DNA of 36,906 bases from Thermomicrobiales bacterium. Its GTDB lineage: Bacteria; Chloroflexota; Chloroflexia; Thermomicrobiales; UBA6265. Of the stretch, positions 1-8,287 are shown piece by piece; the stretch's first letter is position 1, and every line of letters starts with the position of its first letter. The stretch lies in assembly GCA_025928015.1 (NCBI GenBank), contig JAICKJ010000002.1, forward strand, positions 1-36,906, in the 5' to 3' direction. The notes beneath the pieces were generated by a model that searched no databases, had not been told where the DNA came from, and was given only the letters and a program-made list of their open reading frames with translations. A program made the translations under genes and the position numbers.

Positions 1-359
1 ACGGCTCCTCGGCCTGGGGCCCGGCCTATCTCGCCTACACGCCGGCGATGGCGATCCAACAGGCGCTCGACCGCGCCGGGTTGGCGGTGACGGATCTTGA
101 TCTCGTCGAGATCAACGAGGCCTTCTCCAGCGTCGCGCTCATCTCGAGCAGGCGCCTCGGCGTCGACCCGGAGATCGTCAACGTCAACGGCGGCGCGGTC
201 GCGCTGGGGCACCCGCTCGGCGCCTCCGGCGCGCGGCTGGTGCTGACGCTGGCGCTGGAGCTGAAGCGGCGTGGCGGCGGCATCGGCGCGGCCGCCATTT
301 GCTCCGGCGGCGGCCAGGGCGACGCGATCCTCCTCCAGGTCGATGGCGACGCCACATGA
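1..359 (+). CDS. acetyl-CoA C-acetyltransferase (thiolase), C-terminal fragment; 5' end lies outside the window
   Basis: Open from the window edge in the frame of nt 3. The translation ...[32 protein letters not shown]...[54 protein letters not shown] matches the conserved thiolase C-terminus (NxxGGAxAxGHPxGxSG ... CxGGGxG). Stop TGA at 357-359. Confidence 0.9.
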   Translation, partial: GSSAWGPAYLAYTPAMAIQQALDRAGLAVTDLDLVEINEAFSSVALISSRRLGVDPEIVNVNGGAVALGHPLGASGARLVLTLALELKRRGGGIGAAAICSGGGQGDAILLQVDGDAT

Positions 360-958
360 CGGACGACCGCCGCGCGGAGTTCGCGCGTCGCTTTCCCGGC
401 GCGATCATCCTGCCCTACGATGGCCGCTGGCCGGAGATCGACGATTCCGCCTTCGTCGCGCCCGGCGCGGTGGTGATCGGTCACGTCGAGATCGGGCCGG
501 AGACAAGCGTTTTCTTCCATGCCACGGTGCGTGGCGACATCGCGCCGATCCGCATCGGTGCCCGGAGCAACGTGCAGGACGGAGCGATCCTCCACGTCAA
601 TCGCGACGCGCCTTGTATCATCGGGAGCGACGTGACGATTGGCCACGGCGCGATCGTCCACGGCACGACGATCGAGGACGCCGCCCTGATCGGCATGGGC
701 AGCATCGTCATGTCCTACTCGACCATCGGCCAGGCTGCGGTCGTCGCGGCCGGCGCGCTGGTGCCGGAACGCGCGGTCGTCAAGCCGGGAACGGTCGTCG
801 TCGGCGTGCCGGCGAAGGAACGCAGCGCGCTGGACCCCGGGCAGCAAGCGGAGCTGGAACAGATCGCCGGCCGCTACGTGGGCGTGGCGGCGAACTATCG
901 GGCGATCATGCGCGGGTTCGCGAACGAGACGCATTCGGGAGGGATGGATGGGGATTGA
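356..958 (+). CDS. gamma-class carbonic anhydrase-like / PaaY-like hexapeptide-repeat protein
   Basis: ATG 356 overlaps the thiolase stop (ATGA). Hexapeptide beta-helix repeats and family motifs are present ([33 protein letters not shown]). The ORF-track start at 299 is an Arg/Pro-rich in-frame extension that overlaps the thiolase. Confidence 0.85.
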   Translation: MTDDRRAEFARRFPGAIILPYDGRWPEIDDSAFVAPGAVVIGHVEIGPETSVFFHATVRGDIAPIRIGARSNVQDGAILHVNRDAPCIIGSDVTIGHGAIVHGTTIEDAALIGMGSIVMSYSTIGQAAVVAAGALVPERAVVKPGTVVVGVPAKERSALDPGQQAELEQIAGRYVGVAANYRAIMRGFANETHSGGMDGD

Positions 959-1718
959 CCTGAAGCAGCACGGCGCCGTCGCGATCGTCACGGTGAACCA
1001 GCCGGACAAGCTCAACGCGCTCAACACCAAGCGGGCCGAGGCGCTGCTGGAGACCTTCCTGAAGATCGGACCGGACCGCTCGATCCGCGCCGTCATCATG
1101 ACCGGCGCTGGTGACCGCGCCTTCATCGCCGGCGCGGACATCAAGCAGATGGCAAACCTGGACAGGGCCGGCGCGACCGCCTTCGCCCGCCTCGGGCACA
1201 GCGTCGCCCGCGCAATCGAGACGATCCCCCAGCCGGTCATCGCCGCGGTCAACGGCTTCGCGCTCGGGGGAGGTTGCGAATTGTCGCTCGCCTGTGACAT
1301 TCGCCTCGCCGCGACCAACGCCGTCTTCGCCCAGCCGGAGGTCGGCCTCGGCATCCCGCCGGGCTGGGGCGGCACGCAACGGTTGCCGCGCGTTGTCGGA
1401 CCCGGGCTCGCCGCCGAGATGATCCTGACCGGCCGTCGCGTCAAGGCAGACGAGGCGTTGCGCATCGGGCTGGTCAACGCGGTCCACGAGCCGGATCAAC
1501 TGCTCGACACGGCCCTGGCCATGGCGCAGCAGATCGCGAAGAACAGCCCACAGGCGGTCAGTGCGTCAAAGCGCTTGATCGGTCTCGCCTTCGCCGGTCA
1601 TCCGGCGGCCGGTCTGTCGAGCGAGGCGCACGCCTTCGCCGCCCAGTTCGGCGGCGCCGACCAGCGCGAGGGCATGGCCGCGTTCATCGAGAAGCGCCCG
1701 GCGGAATTCGCCGGCTAG
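948..1718 (+). CDS. enoyl-CoA hydratase (crotonase family)
   Basis: 256 aa. Crotonase motifs: VAIVTVNQPDKLNAL, AFIAGADIK, AAVNGFALGGGCELSLACDIRLA, and EGMAAFIEKRPAEF at the C-terminus. GGGAGGGA lies upstream of the ATG. Confidence 0.9.
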   Translation: MGIDLKQHGAVAIVTVNQPDKLNALNTKRAEALLETFLKIGPDRSIRAVIMTGAGDRAFIAGADIKQMANLDRAGATAFARLGHSVARAIETIPQPVIAAVNGFALGGGCELSLACDIRLAATNAVFAQPEVGLGIPPGWGGTQRLPRVVGPGLAAEMILTGRRVKADEALRIGLVNAVHEPDQLLDTALAMAQQIAKNSPQAVSASKRLIGLAFAGHPAAGLSSEAHAFAAQFGGADQREGMAAFIEKRPAEFAG

Positions 1719-1783
1719 ATCGCCCAATGGAGCACCGGGCGCCATGCCCGGCATCGTCCATCCGAGGGGAGGAAGCACACCGC

Positions 1784-2539
1784 ATGCACATCGTCGTGCT
1801 CGTCAAACAGGTACCGGACCTGAATACGCTCAAGATCGATCACGCGACCGGCAAGCCGGTCTTCAGCGGCCAGAAAGCGACCAGCTCGTTCGACGAGTAC
1901 GCCGTCGAGGAAGCGCTGCGGCTGAAGGAGAAGGCCGGCGGCGAGGTCACGATCGTCTCGGCCGGCCCGCCGACCGTCAAGGAGGTCATCACCCGTGCGC
2001 TGGCGATGGGCGTCGACAAGGCGGTCCAGGTCACGCTGCCCGATCCCAACGCGCTCGACACGCTGGCGGTGGCGCAGGTACTGACCGGTGAGCTGCAGAA
2101 GCTCTCGCCGGACGTCGTCCTCGCTGGCCAGACCTCCGACGACGAGCAGACTGGCCAGGTCGGCCCGCAGGTCGCCGAGCTGCTCGGCTGGCCGCACGTC
2201 TCCGCCGTGACCGAGATCGAGGCGGATGGAGAAGCGCTGAAGATCCAGCGTGACACCGAGGACGGCAAGCAGATCGTTTCCGTCGCGCCGCCGGTCGTGC
2301 TGTTGGCGCTGACCGGCCAGAACACGCCAAGGCTGCCGTCGATCAAGGGCATGATGGCCGCCAAGCGCAAGCCGGTCGAGCAAGTCGAGGCGACGGTGCC
2401 GAAGACGAAGAGCCGCATCTCCTGGTCGGAGCCAAAATCCCCGGAACGAAGCGCCACCGGCACCATCGTCCAGGACGTCCCTCCCGCCGAGGCGGCGAAA
2501 CAGCTCGTCGGCTGGCTGAAGGAGAACAAGCTGCTCTAG
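1784..2539 (+). CDS. etfB: electron transfer flavoprotein, beta subunit
   Basis: MHIVVLVKQVPDLNTLKID... is the typical EtfB N-terminus. GAGGGGAGGAAG RBS lies upstream of ATG 1784. The ORF-track start at 1727 adds 19 non-conserved residues. Confidence 0.9.
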   Translation: MHIVVLVKQVPDLNTLKIDHATGKPVFSGQKATSSFDEYAVEEALRLKEKAGGEVTIVSAGPPTVKEVITRALAMGVDKAVQVTLPDPNALDTLAVAQVLTGELQKLSPDVVLAGQTSDDEQTGQVGPQVAELLGWPHVSAVTEIEADGEALKIQRDTEDGKQIVSVAPPVVLLALTGQNTPRLPSIKGMMAAKRKPVEQVEATVPKTKSRISWSEPKSPERSATGTIVQDVPPAEAAKQLVGWLKENKLL

Positions 2540-2573
2540 TCTCGCGTGCTTCGCTCCTGGCGATCCGCCACGC

Positions 2574-2712
2574 CGTCATTCTGAGCGAAGCGAAGAATCC
2601 CCCGGCGGAGCCGGTCCGCTGCGGCGGACATCGGCGCCCAACCCCAACGCGCATGGACGCGGAGAGGCGCTTCGCGCGGGGATGCTTCGGGATTTCATCC
2701 CTCAGAATGACG
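2574..2712. repeat. 139-bp MITE/REP-like element with perfect 12-bp terminal inverted repeats, between etfB and etfA
   Basis: CGTCATTCTGAG at 2574-2585 and CTCAGAATGACG at 2701-2712 are exact reverse complements. The inner arms share CGAAGC...ATCCC. The core CGTCATTCTGAGCGAAGCGAAGAATCC recurs in diverged form at 6046 and 7948. Confidence 0.6.
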
Positions 2713-2763
2713 AATGGTTTGCTCATAGGGACTCGATAACCGAGACACAGAGGAATGACACAC

Positions 2764-3753
2764 ATGGCAGAAGGAAACGGAGTCCTGATCGTCGCCGAGG
2801 CGGCGGGGTCGGACCTGCGCCCCGTCTCGCTGGAGCTGATCACCGCCGGCAGGCAGCTCGCGGACGCGCTCGGCGGTGGCGTAACCGCTGTTATCGGCGG
2901 GATGGCCATTGAAGACGCGGCGCAGCGGCTGGCGGCCGCCGGTGCGGACAAGGTGTTGGTCGCCGATGGCGACGCCTTTGCCGATGTCACCGCCGGCGTC
3001 TGGACGGCGCTTGTGACGCAGGCGATCGAGCGGACGCAGCCGGCCGCCGTCCTCATCCCGGGCACGACCGCCGGACGCGACTACGCGCCTCGCGTCGCCG
3101 CGCGGCTTGGTGTCGGGCTCGCCGCCGATTGCGTCGAGCTCGCCGTCGAGGACGGCGCGGTGGTCGCGGTCAGGCCGGTCCTCGGCGGGCGCGTCCAGAC
3201 CGCCGTCAAGCTCGCCGGCAACACGCCGCAGATGGCCACCGTTCGGGCAGGCAGCTTCGAGCGCGCGACCGGCAGCGACGGCAACGGCTCCGTCGAGCTG
3301 ATCGACGTCTCGCTCTCCGATGACGACACCCGCGTCAAGGTGCTGGAGCTGGTCCAGGAAGCGGCGGCCGGGCAGAGTCTCGAAGGCGCTGATCGCATCG
3401 TCTCCGGCGGGCGCGGGCTGAAGGAACCGGACCAGTTCAAGCTGGTCGAGGATTTGGCGGCGGCGCTCGGCGCGGCGGTTGGCGCGTCGCGCGCGGTGGT
3501 CGATGCCGGCTGGCGGCCGCACAGCGAGCAGGTCGGACAGACCGGACAGACGGTCTCGCCGCGCCTCTATGTCGCGGTTGGTATCAGCGGCGCCGTCCAG
3601 CACCTCGTCGGCATGCAGTCATCCGACTACATCGTCGCGATCAACCGGGATCCGGACGCGCCCATCTTCAAGATCGCCTCCTTCGGCATCGTCGGCGACC
3701 TCTTCGAGGTCGTCCCCGCGGTGATCGACGAGGTCAAGGTGGCACGGGCATAA
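2764..3753 (+). CDS. etfA: electron transfer flavoprotein, alpha subunit
   Basis: MAEGNGVLIVAEAAG... and the C-terminal FAD-binding region (GASRAVVDAGWRPHSEQVGQTGQTVSPRLYVAVGISGAVQHLVGM) are EtfA-typical. AGAGGA sits 9 nt upstream of ATG 2764. ATG 2755 is an alternative start. Confidence 0.9.
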   Translation: MAEGNGVLIVAEAAGSDLRPVSLELITAGRQLADALGGGVTAVIGGMAIEDAAQRLAAAGADKVLVADGDAFADVTAGVWTALVTQAIERTQPAAVLIPGTTAGRDYAPRVAARLGVGLAADCVELAVEDGAVVAVRPVLGGRVQTAVKLAGNTPQMATVRAGSFERATGSDGNGSVELIDVSLSDDDTRVKVLELVQEAAAGQSLEGADRIVSGGRGLKEPDQFKLVEDLAAALGAAVGASRAVVDAGWRPHSEQVGQTGQTVSPRLYVAVGISGAVQHLVGMQSSDYIVAINRDPDAPIFKIASFGIVGDLFEVVPAVIDEVKVARA

Positions 3754-3775
3754 GGCAGTCTGGAGGAAGCATTCG

Positions 3776-4264
3776 ATGGCCGAGACGCGGGACGACCTGC
3801 TGGAACAGTATGTGGAGGGGCCGGCTAAGCTGGCCGCGGCGCTGGCGAAGGTGCCGGAGGGTGCGATGTCCTGGCGGCCGGCGCCGACCGAATGGGCGGT
3901 TGACGAAATCGTCTGGCACTGCGCCGACGTCGAGGCGTTCTATTCGGGCCGCCTCCGCTATTTCCTTGCGCTGGAGGGGCCGCCGATCCTTGGTCTCGAC
4001 CAGGATGTGCTCGCCGACGTCCAGAAGGACTTTCGCCAGCCAACCGGTCCGGCGATGGACTTCGTGCGCGCGGCCCGAGCGCTGAATCTGATCACGCTGC
4101 AGCAGATCCCCGAGGAGGTTTGGCAGCGTTCCGGCCAGCATTCAGAGTGGGGCGACTGGACACTCGACAACTGGCTGGAGTCGATGGCGAATCACCTTCA
4201 CATCCACGCCCGGCAGATCGAGCAGAATATCGCGGCCTGGCGGGCCAAGGACAGACAGGGGTAG
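3776..4264 (+). CDS. DinB-family (DinB_2-like) four-helix-bundle protein
   Basis: 162 aa. N-terminal LLEQYVEGPAKLAAAL..W.P....W...EIVWHCAD pattern and C-terminal NHLHIHARQI, the His-containing motifs typical of DinB/YfiT-like proteins. GGAGGAAG RBS. Confidence 0.7.
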   Translation: MAETRDDLLEQYVEGPAKLAAALAKVPEGAMSWRPAPTEWAVDEIVWHCADVEAFYSGRLRYFLALEGPPILGLDQDVLADVQKDFRQPTGPAMDFVRAARALNLITLQQIPEEVWQRSGQHSEWGDWTLDNWLESMANHLHIHARQIEQNIAAWRAKDRQG

Positions 4265-4270
4265 GGCCGC

Positions 4271-5569
4271 GTGGCGGAAGAACGACTCGATGCAATCGTC
4301 GTCGGCGCCGGTCCGGCCGGGATCACCGCCGCGAAGACGCTGGCGGAAGCCGGGCTGGCGGCCGTCGTCCTGGAGCGCGGCCAGTATCCCGGCGCCAAGA
4401 ACGTCTGGGGCGGCATCCTCTATCGTGAGCCGACCGAGCAGTTCGCGCCCGGCTTCGAGGAGGAGGCGCCGCTGGAGCGCCCGATCATCGAGCAGCGGTA
4501 CATGCTGCTGACCGAGGACGCGGCGATGAGCGCGACCTACCGCTCGGAGCAGCTCGCGACGCCACCGTATAACTCGTACACCGTCATGCGAAGCACCTTC
4601 GACCAGTGGTATGCCAGCAAAGCGGAGGAAGCCGGCGCCGAGGTCTACCCGGAGTTCACCGTCACCGACCTGCTCTGGGAGGATGGCGCCGTCGTTGGCG
4701 TCACGACCGGCGACGAAGAGGGCGAATTGCTCGCCAAGGTCGTCGTGCTCGCCGACGGCGCCAACTCGCTGCTGGCGCAAAGGGCCGGGCTGCACGACGA
4801 GTGGCAACCGATCGAGCAGGCGCTCGTCGCCAAGGAGATCATCGCGCTGCCGGCGGAGAAGATCGAGGACCGCTTCAATCTGCCGGCGGGCAAGGGCACG
4901 GCGCTCGAGATTTTCGGCGAATCGACCTGGGGGATGCTCGGCTACGGCTTCATCTACACGAACAAGGAGTCGATCTCGATCGGCACCGGCGCGCTGCTTC
5001 AGGATCTGATTGACTCCGGCCGCAACGTCAACGACATGCTGGACCGCTTCAAGCGCCACCCGGCCATCGCGCCCTTGCTCGACGGCGGCGAGACCGTTGA
5101 ATACGCGGCGCACCTGATCCCCGAGGGTGGGTACAAGCGGATGCCCCGCCTCTTCACCGACGGCGCGGTCGTCGTCGGCGACGCCGCCGGGTTCGTCAAC
5201 CCGCTCAACCGCGAGGGCGTCAACCTCGCGATGCTCTCCGGCAAGCTGGCGGCGCAGGCGATCATCGAGGCGAACGAGCGCGACGATTTCTCCGTCGCCG
5301 CCCTCTCCCGCTATCGGGAGCTGCTCGACGAGAGCGTGATCATGAAGGACCTCTTCACGATCCGGAACGTGACCGATTTCGCGCACGCGCGGCCACACCT
5401 GCTCCAGGACTATCCGAACCTGCTCTCCGATGTGGCCAGGACGTATTTGACCGTCGATGGCCGGACGCAGGCGGAGAAACAGCGCGCGATCATGCGGACG
5501 CTCTGGTCGGTGCCGAAGCGGCAGTTGCTCGATGACGCGATCGGCGCATTCAAGGCGCTGGCGCGATAG
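4271..5569 (+). CDS. fixC: FixC-type FAD-dependent ETF:quinone oxidoreductase-like flavoprotein
   Basis: GTG start. DAIVVGAGPAGITAAKTLAEAGLAVVLERG is a Rossmann FAD motif. KNVWGGILY, TVMRSTFDQW and the overall 432-aa length match FixC/EtfD-like proteins. It lies just downstream of etfBA. Confidence 0.8.
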   Translation: MAEERLDAIVVGAGPAGITAAKTLAEAGLAAVVLERGQYPGAKNVWGGILYREPTEQFAPGFEEEAPLERPIIEQRYMLLTEDAAMSATYRSEQLATPPYNSYTVMRSTFDQWYASKAEEAGAEVYPEFTVTDLLWEDGAVVGVTTGDEEGELLAKVVVLADGANSLLAQRAGLHDEWQPIEQALVAKEIIALPAEKIEDRFNLPAGKGTALEIFGESTWGMLGYGFIYTNKESISIGTGALLQDLIDSGRNVNDMLDRFKRHPAIAPLLDGGETVEYAAHLIPEGGYKRMPRLFTDGAVVVGDAAGFVNPLNREGVNLAMLSGKLAAQAIIEANERDDFSVAALSRYRELLDESVIMKDLFTIRNVTDFAHARPHLLQDYPNLLSDVARTYLTVDGRTQAEKQRAIMRTLWSVPKRQLLDDAIGAFKALAR

Positions 5570-5623
5570 GATGACGCAGACGGTGGAGGCGCCACCGTCC
5601 TGGTTGCGTATCGACGAGGGGCG

Positions 5624-6016
5624 ATGGACATGGGTGTGATTCGGCTGCAACACGCGAGCGTGCCAATGCCAATCGGCGGCAACGACGAGGCACGCGCCTT
5701 CTACAACGGCATTCTCGGCATGGAGGAGGTCGCGCCGCCGTCCTCGCTCGACCCGGACCGTATCGTCTGGTTCAAGGCAGGTGACGCCGGCCACGAGGTC
5801 CATCTCTTCACCGACGAAGGACACGGGCCGAACGCCGCCCAGCACCTCTGCCTCCAGCTCGACGACATCGGCGCGATGCGGACGCATCTGGAGACGCTGG
5901 GCGTGCCGATCGAGGAGCCGGTGAAGATCCACAACCGGCCGCGTTTCAACGTCCACGACCCCTTCGGCAACCTGATCGAGCTGACCCAGATCACTGGCGA
6001 CTACCAGGAAGCGTGA
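5624..6016 (+). CDS. VOC / glyoxalase-bleomycin resistance family protein
   Basis: 130 aa. RLQHASVPMP....EARAFYNGILGMEEV ... HLCLQLDD ... DPFGNLIEL are the paired beta-alpha-beta-beta-beta motifs of the VOC fold. Confidence 0.75.
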   Translation: MDMGVIRLQHASVPMPIGGNDEARAFYNGILGMEEVAPPSSLDPDRIVWFKAGDAGHEVHLFTDEGHGPNAAQHLCLQLDDIGAMRTHLETLGVPIEEPVKIHNRPRFNVHDPFGNLIELTQITGDYQEA

Positions 6017-6045
6017 CCGAACGCCGGGAAGGTCGACGGTTTCGT

Positions 6046-6197
6046 CGTCATGCTGAGCGAATTCGAAGCATCTCTTGAGGAGGTTCGCAGACCGACGAAA
6101 CGTGCATGGACCCTGCTGCCGGACTGGGCGCGCTCGTCCAGCGTGCCGGCATTCGCTTCGCTCATCAGGGAGATTTCTCGACAAGCTCGAATTGACG
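6046..6197. repeat. 152-bp diverged copy of the CGTCAT..CTGAGCGAA MITE/REP-like element
   Basis: Left end is CGTCATGCTGAGCGAATTCGAAGCATCTC (6046-6074). An internal reversed copy of TGAGCGAAGCGAA sits at about 6153-6165. The right end GAGATTTCTCGACAAGCTCGAATTGACG (ending 6197) is an imperfect reverse complement of the left end. Confidence 0.45.
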
Positions 6198-6264
6198 GTG
6201 GGCGGGTTCAATAGAAATGGCGAAGTGGCTCGCAACGGCGGGGAGCCAGGAAGGAGATCACACC

Positions 6265-7869
6265 GTGGTGACCGAGCAGAAGATCACCTACACGGCGACG
6301 CCTGACCAGATCAAGGCGATGCACGCCACTTTCGATCAGGCGTTGCAGGGCGTCGAGCAGGACCTCGGCAAGACCTACCCGATGATCCTCAACGGCAAGG
6401 ACGTGACCGGGCGCAAGCTCTTCGACGTCCGCGCCCCGGCCAACACCGAGCTCTTGCTCGGCAAGTTCCAGACTGGCACCAAGGAGGATGTCGCGGCCGC
6501 CGTCGCGGCCGCGAAGGCCGCGTTCCCGGCCTGGTCGCACCGCCCCTGGCAGGAGCGGGTGGAGATCGTCCGCAAGGCAGCCGGGCTGATCCGCGAGCGC
6601 AAGTTCCGGCTCGCCTCGCTGCTGATCCTCGAATGCGGCAAGAGCCGCGCCGAGGCGATCGGTGAGATCGAGGAGGGCGCCGACCTGTTGACCGAGTACG
6701 CGCGGCAGATGGAGGAGCACAAGGGCTTCGTCCAGGCGCTCGAATCGCTCGACCCGGCCGAGAAGAACCGCTCCGTCCTGCGCCCGTTCGGCGTCTGGGC
6801 GGTGCTCGCGCCCTTCAACTTCCCCTTCGCCCTCTCGGCCGGCATGTCCTCCGGCGCGCTGATCGCCGGCAACACGGTCGTCTTCAAGCCGGCCAGCGCC
6901 ACGCCGATCTCCGGCTACGAGCTGGCCCGCTGCTTCATCGACGGCGGTGTGCCGGACGGCGTATTCAACTACATCACCGGCTCCGGCGAGTCGGTGGGCG
7001 AGCCATTGGCCACCGATCCCGACGTTGATGGCGCGATCTTCACCGGCTCGAAGGAGGTCGGCTTCGATCTCTTCAAGCGCTTCAGCACCGATTTCCCCAA
7101 GCCCTTCATCGCCGAGATGGGCGGCAAGAACCCGACGATCGTGACGGAGCACGCCGATCTCGACAAGGCGGTCGAGGGCGTCGTCCGCGCCGCGTTCGGC
7201 TACTCCGGTCAGAAGTGCTCGGCCTGCTCCCGCACTTACGTCGAGGGCCCGGTCTACGACGACTTCATGGACCGGCTGGTCAAGCGGACCGAGGAGCTGA
7301 AGGTCGGCGATCCGGTCAACAAGGACGTCTTCGTCGGCTCGGTCATCGACGAGCGGGCGGTGAAGCGGTTCGGGGACGCGGTCGAGTCGATCGATGGCGG
7401 CACGATCCGCACCGGCGGCGAGCACCTGACGAAGGGCGAATACGCCCACGGCTACTACGTCGAGCCGACGGTCGTCGACGGACTGCCGCTCGACCACCCG
7501 CTGTTCAAGAAGGAGCTCTTCCTACCCTTCCTCGTCGTCGGCAAGGTCGATTCGCTCGATCAGGCGATCGAGGAGTCGAACGACACCGAGTACGGGCTGA
7601 CGGCCGGCATCTTCACCGAGGCCAAGGACGAGATCAAACAGTTCTTCGACCAGATCGAGGCGGGCGTCGTCTACGCGAACCGCAAGGGTGGCGCGACGAC
7701 GGGCGCCTGGCCCGGCTGCCAGTCGTTCGTCGGCTGGAAGGGCAGCGGCACGTCCGGCAAGGGCGGCCTTGGCCCGTTCTACGTCCAGCAGTTCCTCCGC
7801 GAGCAGTCGCAAACAATCGTCGTCGGCGACGACGAGGACGACACCCTGGAGCTCTTCGAGGGCGAATAA
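6265..7869 (+). CDS. aldehyde dehydrogenase, 1-pyrroline-5-carboxylate (glutamate semialdehyde) dehydrogenase-like
   Basis: ALDH motifs are present: PFNFPFAL, FKPAS, FTGSKEVG, catalytic EMGGKNP and GQKCSACSR. The C-terminal GAWPGCQSFVGWKGSGTSGK resembles the single-domain P5CDH class. AGGAAGGAG sits 7 nt upstream of GTG 6265. ATG 6217 is an alternative start. Confidence 0.8.
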   Translation: MVTEQKITYTATPDQIKAMHATFDQALQGVEQDLGKTYPMILNGKDVTGRKLFDVRAPANTELLLGKFQTGTKEDVAAAVAAAKAAFPAWSHRPWQERVEIVRKAAGLIRERKFRLASLLILECGKSRAEAIGEIEEGADLLTEYARQMEEHKGFVQALESLDPAEKNRSVLRPFGVWAVLAPFNFPFALSAGMSSGALIAGNTVVFKPASATPISGYELARCFIDGGVPDGVFNYITGSGESVGEPLATDPDVDGAIFTGSKEVGFDLFKRFSTDFPKPFIAEMGGKNPTIVTEHADLDKAVEGVVRAAFGYSGQKCSACSRTYVEGPVYDDFMDRLVKRTEELKVGDPVNKDVFVGSVIDERAVKRFGDAVESIDGGTIRTGGEHLTKGEYAHGYYVEPTVVDGLPLDHPLFKKELFLPFLVVGKVDSLDQAIEESNDTEYGLTAGIFTEAKDEIKQFFDQIEAGVVYANRKGGATTGAWPGCQSFVGWKGSGTSGKGGLGPFYVQQFLREQSQTIVVGDDEDDTLELFEGE

Positions 7870-7901
7870 CCGACCGATTCAGTCCGCCAACGAGCGCGGT
7901 C

Positions 7902-7990
7902 CGTCATTCCAGATGGCGGACCGCTTCGCGCCTGCCGATCCCAACACCGTCATCCCGAGCGCAGTCGAGGAGCCTGCGGAAGGGATCTCC
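7902..7990. repeat. partial or tandem copies of the CGTCAT(T/C)CC...GAGCG.AG.CGAGGA repeat family
   Basis: CGTCATTCC at 7902-7910, and CGTCATCCCGAGCGCAGTCGAGGAGCC...GGAAGGGATCTCC at 7948-7990. Same orientation, with no inverted partner seen. Confidence 0.45.
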
Positions 7991-8214
7991 CGCCGCCGCG
8001 GCGTCCTCATTCCCAACCGCATCCGTCCGCTTCCACCAATCCCCCTCGCTATCATTGCCATTCACCCCGGCAACGCGCCGAAAAGGCCGCAAACGGGGCC
8101 GACGCAATAAGGTGAAGAGAATGGCCGTTATCTCCACCAGCAAGGGAAAGGGTTGGGAGCTGGCGGACAAGGCGGACTAGACGTGGTCGGCCCGCCGGCC
8201 GGTGACCGGCCGGC

Positions 8215-8242
8215 TTGACGGGCTGGGTGGCCGGCGTAGAAT
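8215..8242 (+). promoter_or_regulatory. sigma-70-like promoter candidate for the 8288 gene
   Basis: TTGACG (8215-8220), 16-nt spacer, TAGAAT (8237-8242). It is preceded by the hairpin GCCGGCCGG-TGA-CCGGCCGGC (8194-8214). GAAGGAGG RBS lies before ATG 8288. Confidence 0.4.
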
Positions 8243-8287
8243 GGGACTCTCGTTGTTCTGGGGGCCGCTCCCCCGAAGGAGGCCTGC

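Noticed and set aside
35-1477. 480-aa minus-strand ORF
   Set aside because: It is antisense to the thiolase, gamma-CA-like and enoyl-CoA hydratase genes and has Arg/Ala/Pro-rich composition. The same reasoning applies to the long antisense ORFs at 6208-7497, 9394-10671, 10837-12033, 12875-13981, 14063-15073, 16723-18000 and 27823-29205.
4142-6235. 697-aa ORF on the minus strand, the longest ORF in the window
   Set aside because: It lies antisense to fixC and the VOC gene, both of which have clear family motifs. Its translation is Arg/Leu/Gly/Asp-rich low-complexity with no motifs and no RBS. This is the typical shadow ORF of high-GC DNA.
8121-8180. 19-codon ORF (MAVISTSKGKGWELADKAD) with AAGGTGAAG upstream
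   Set aside because: It is too short to evaluate, has no regulatory codon pattern, and has no conservation information. It sits in a repeat-rich gap. Not reported as a gene.
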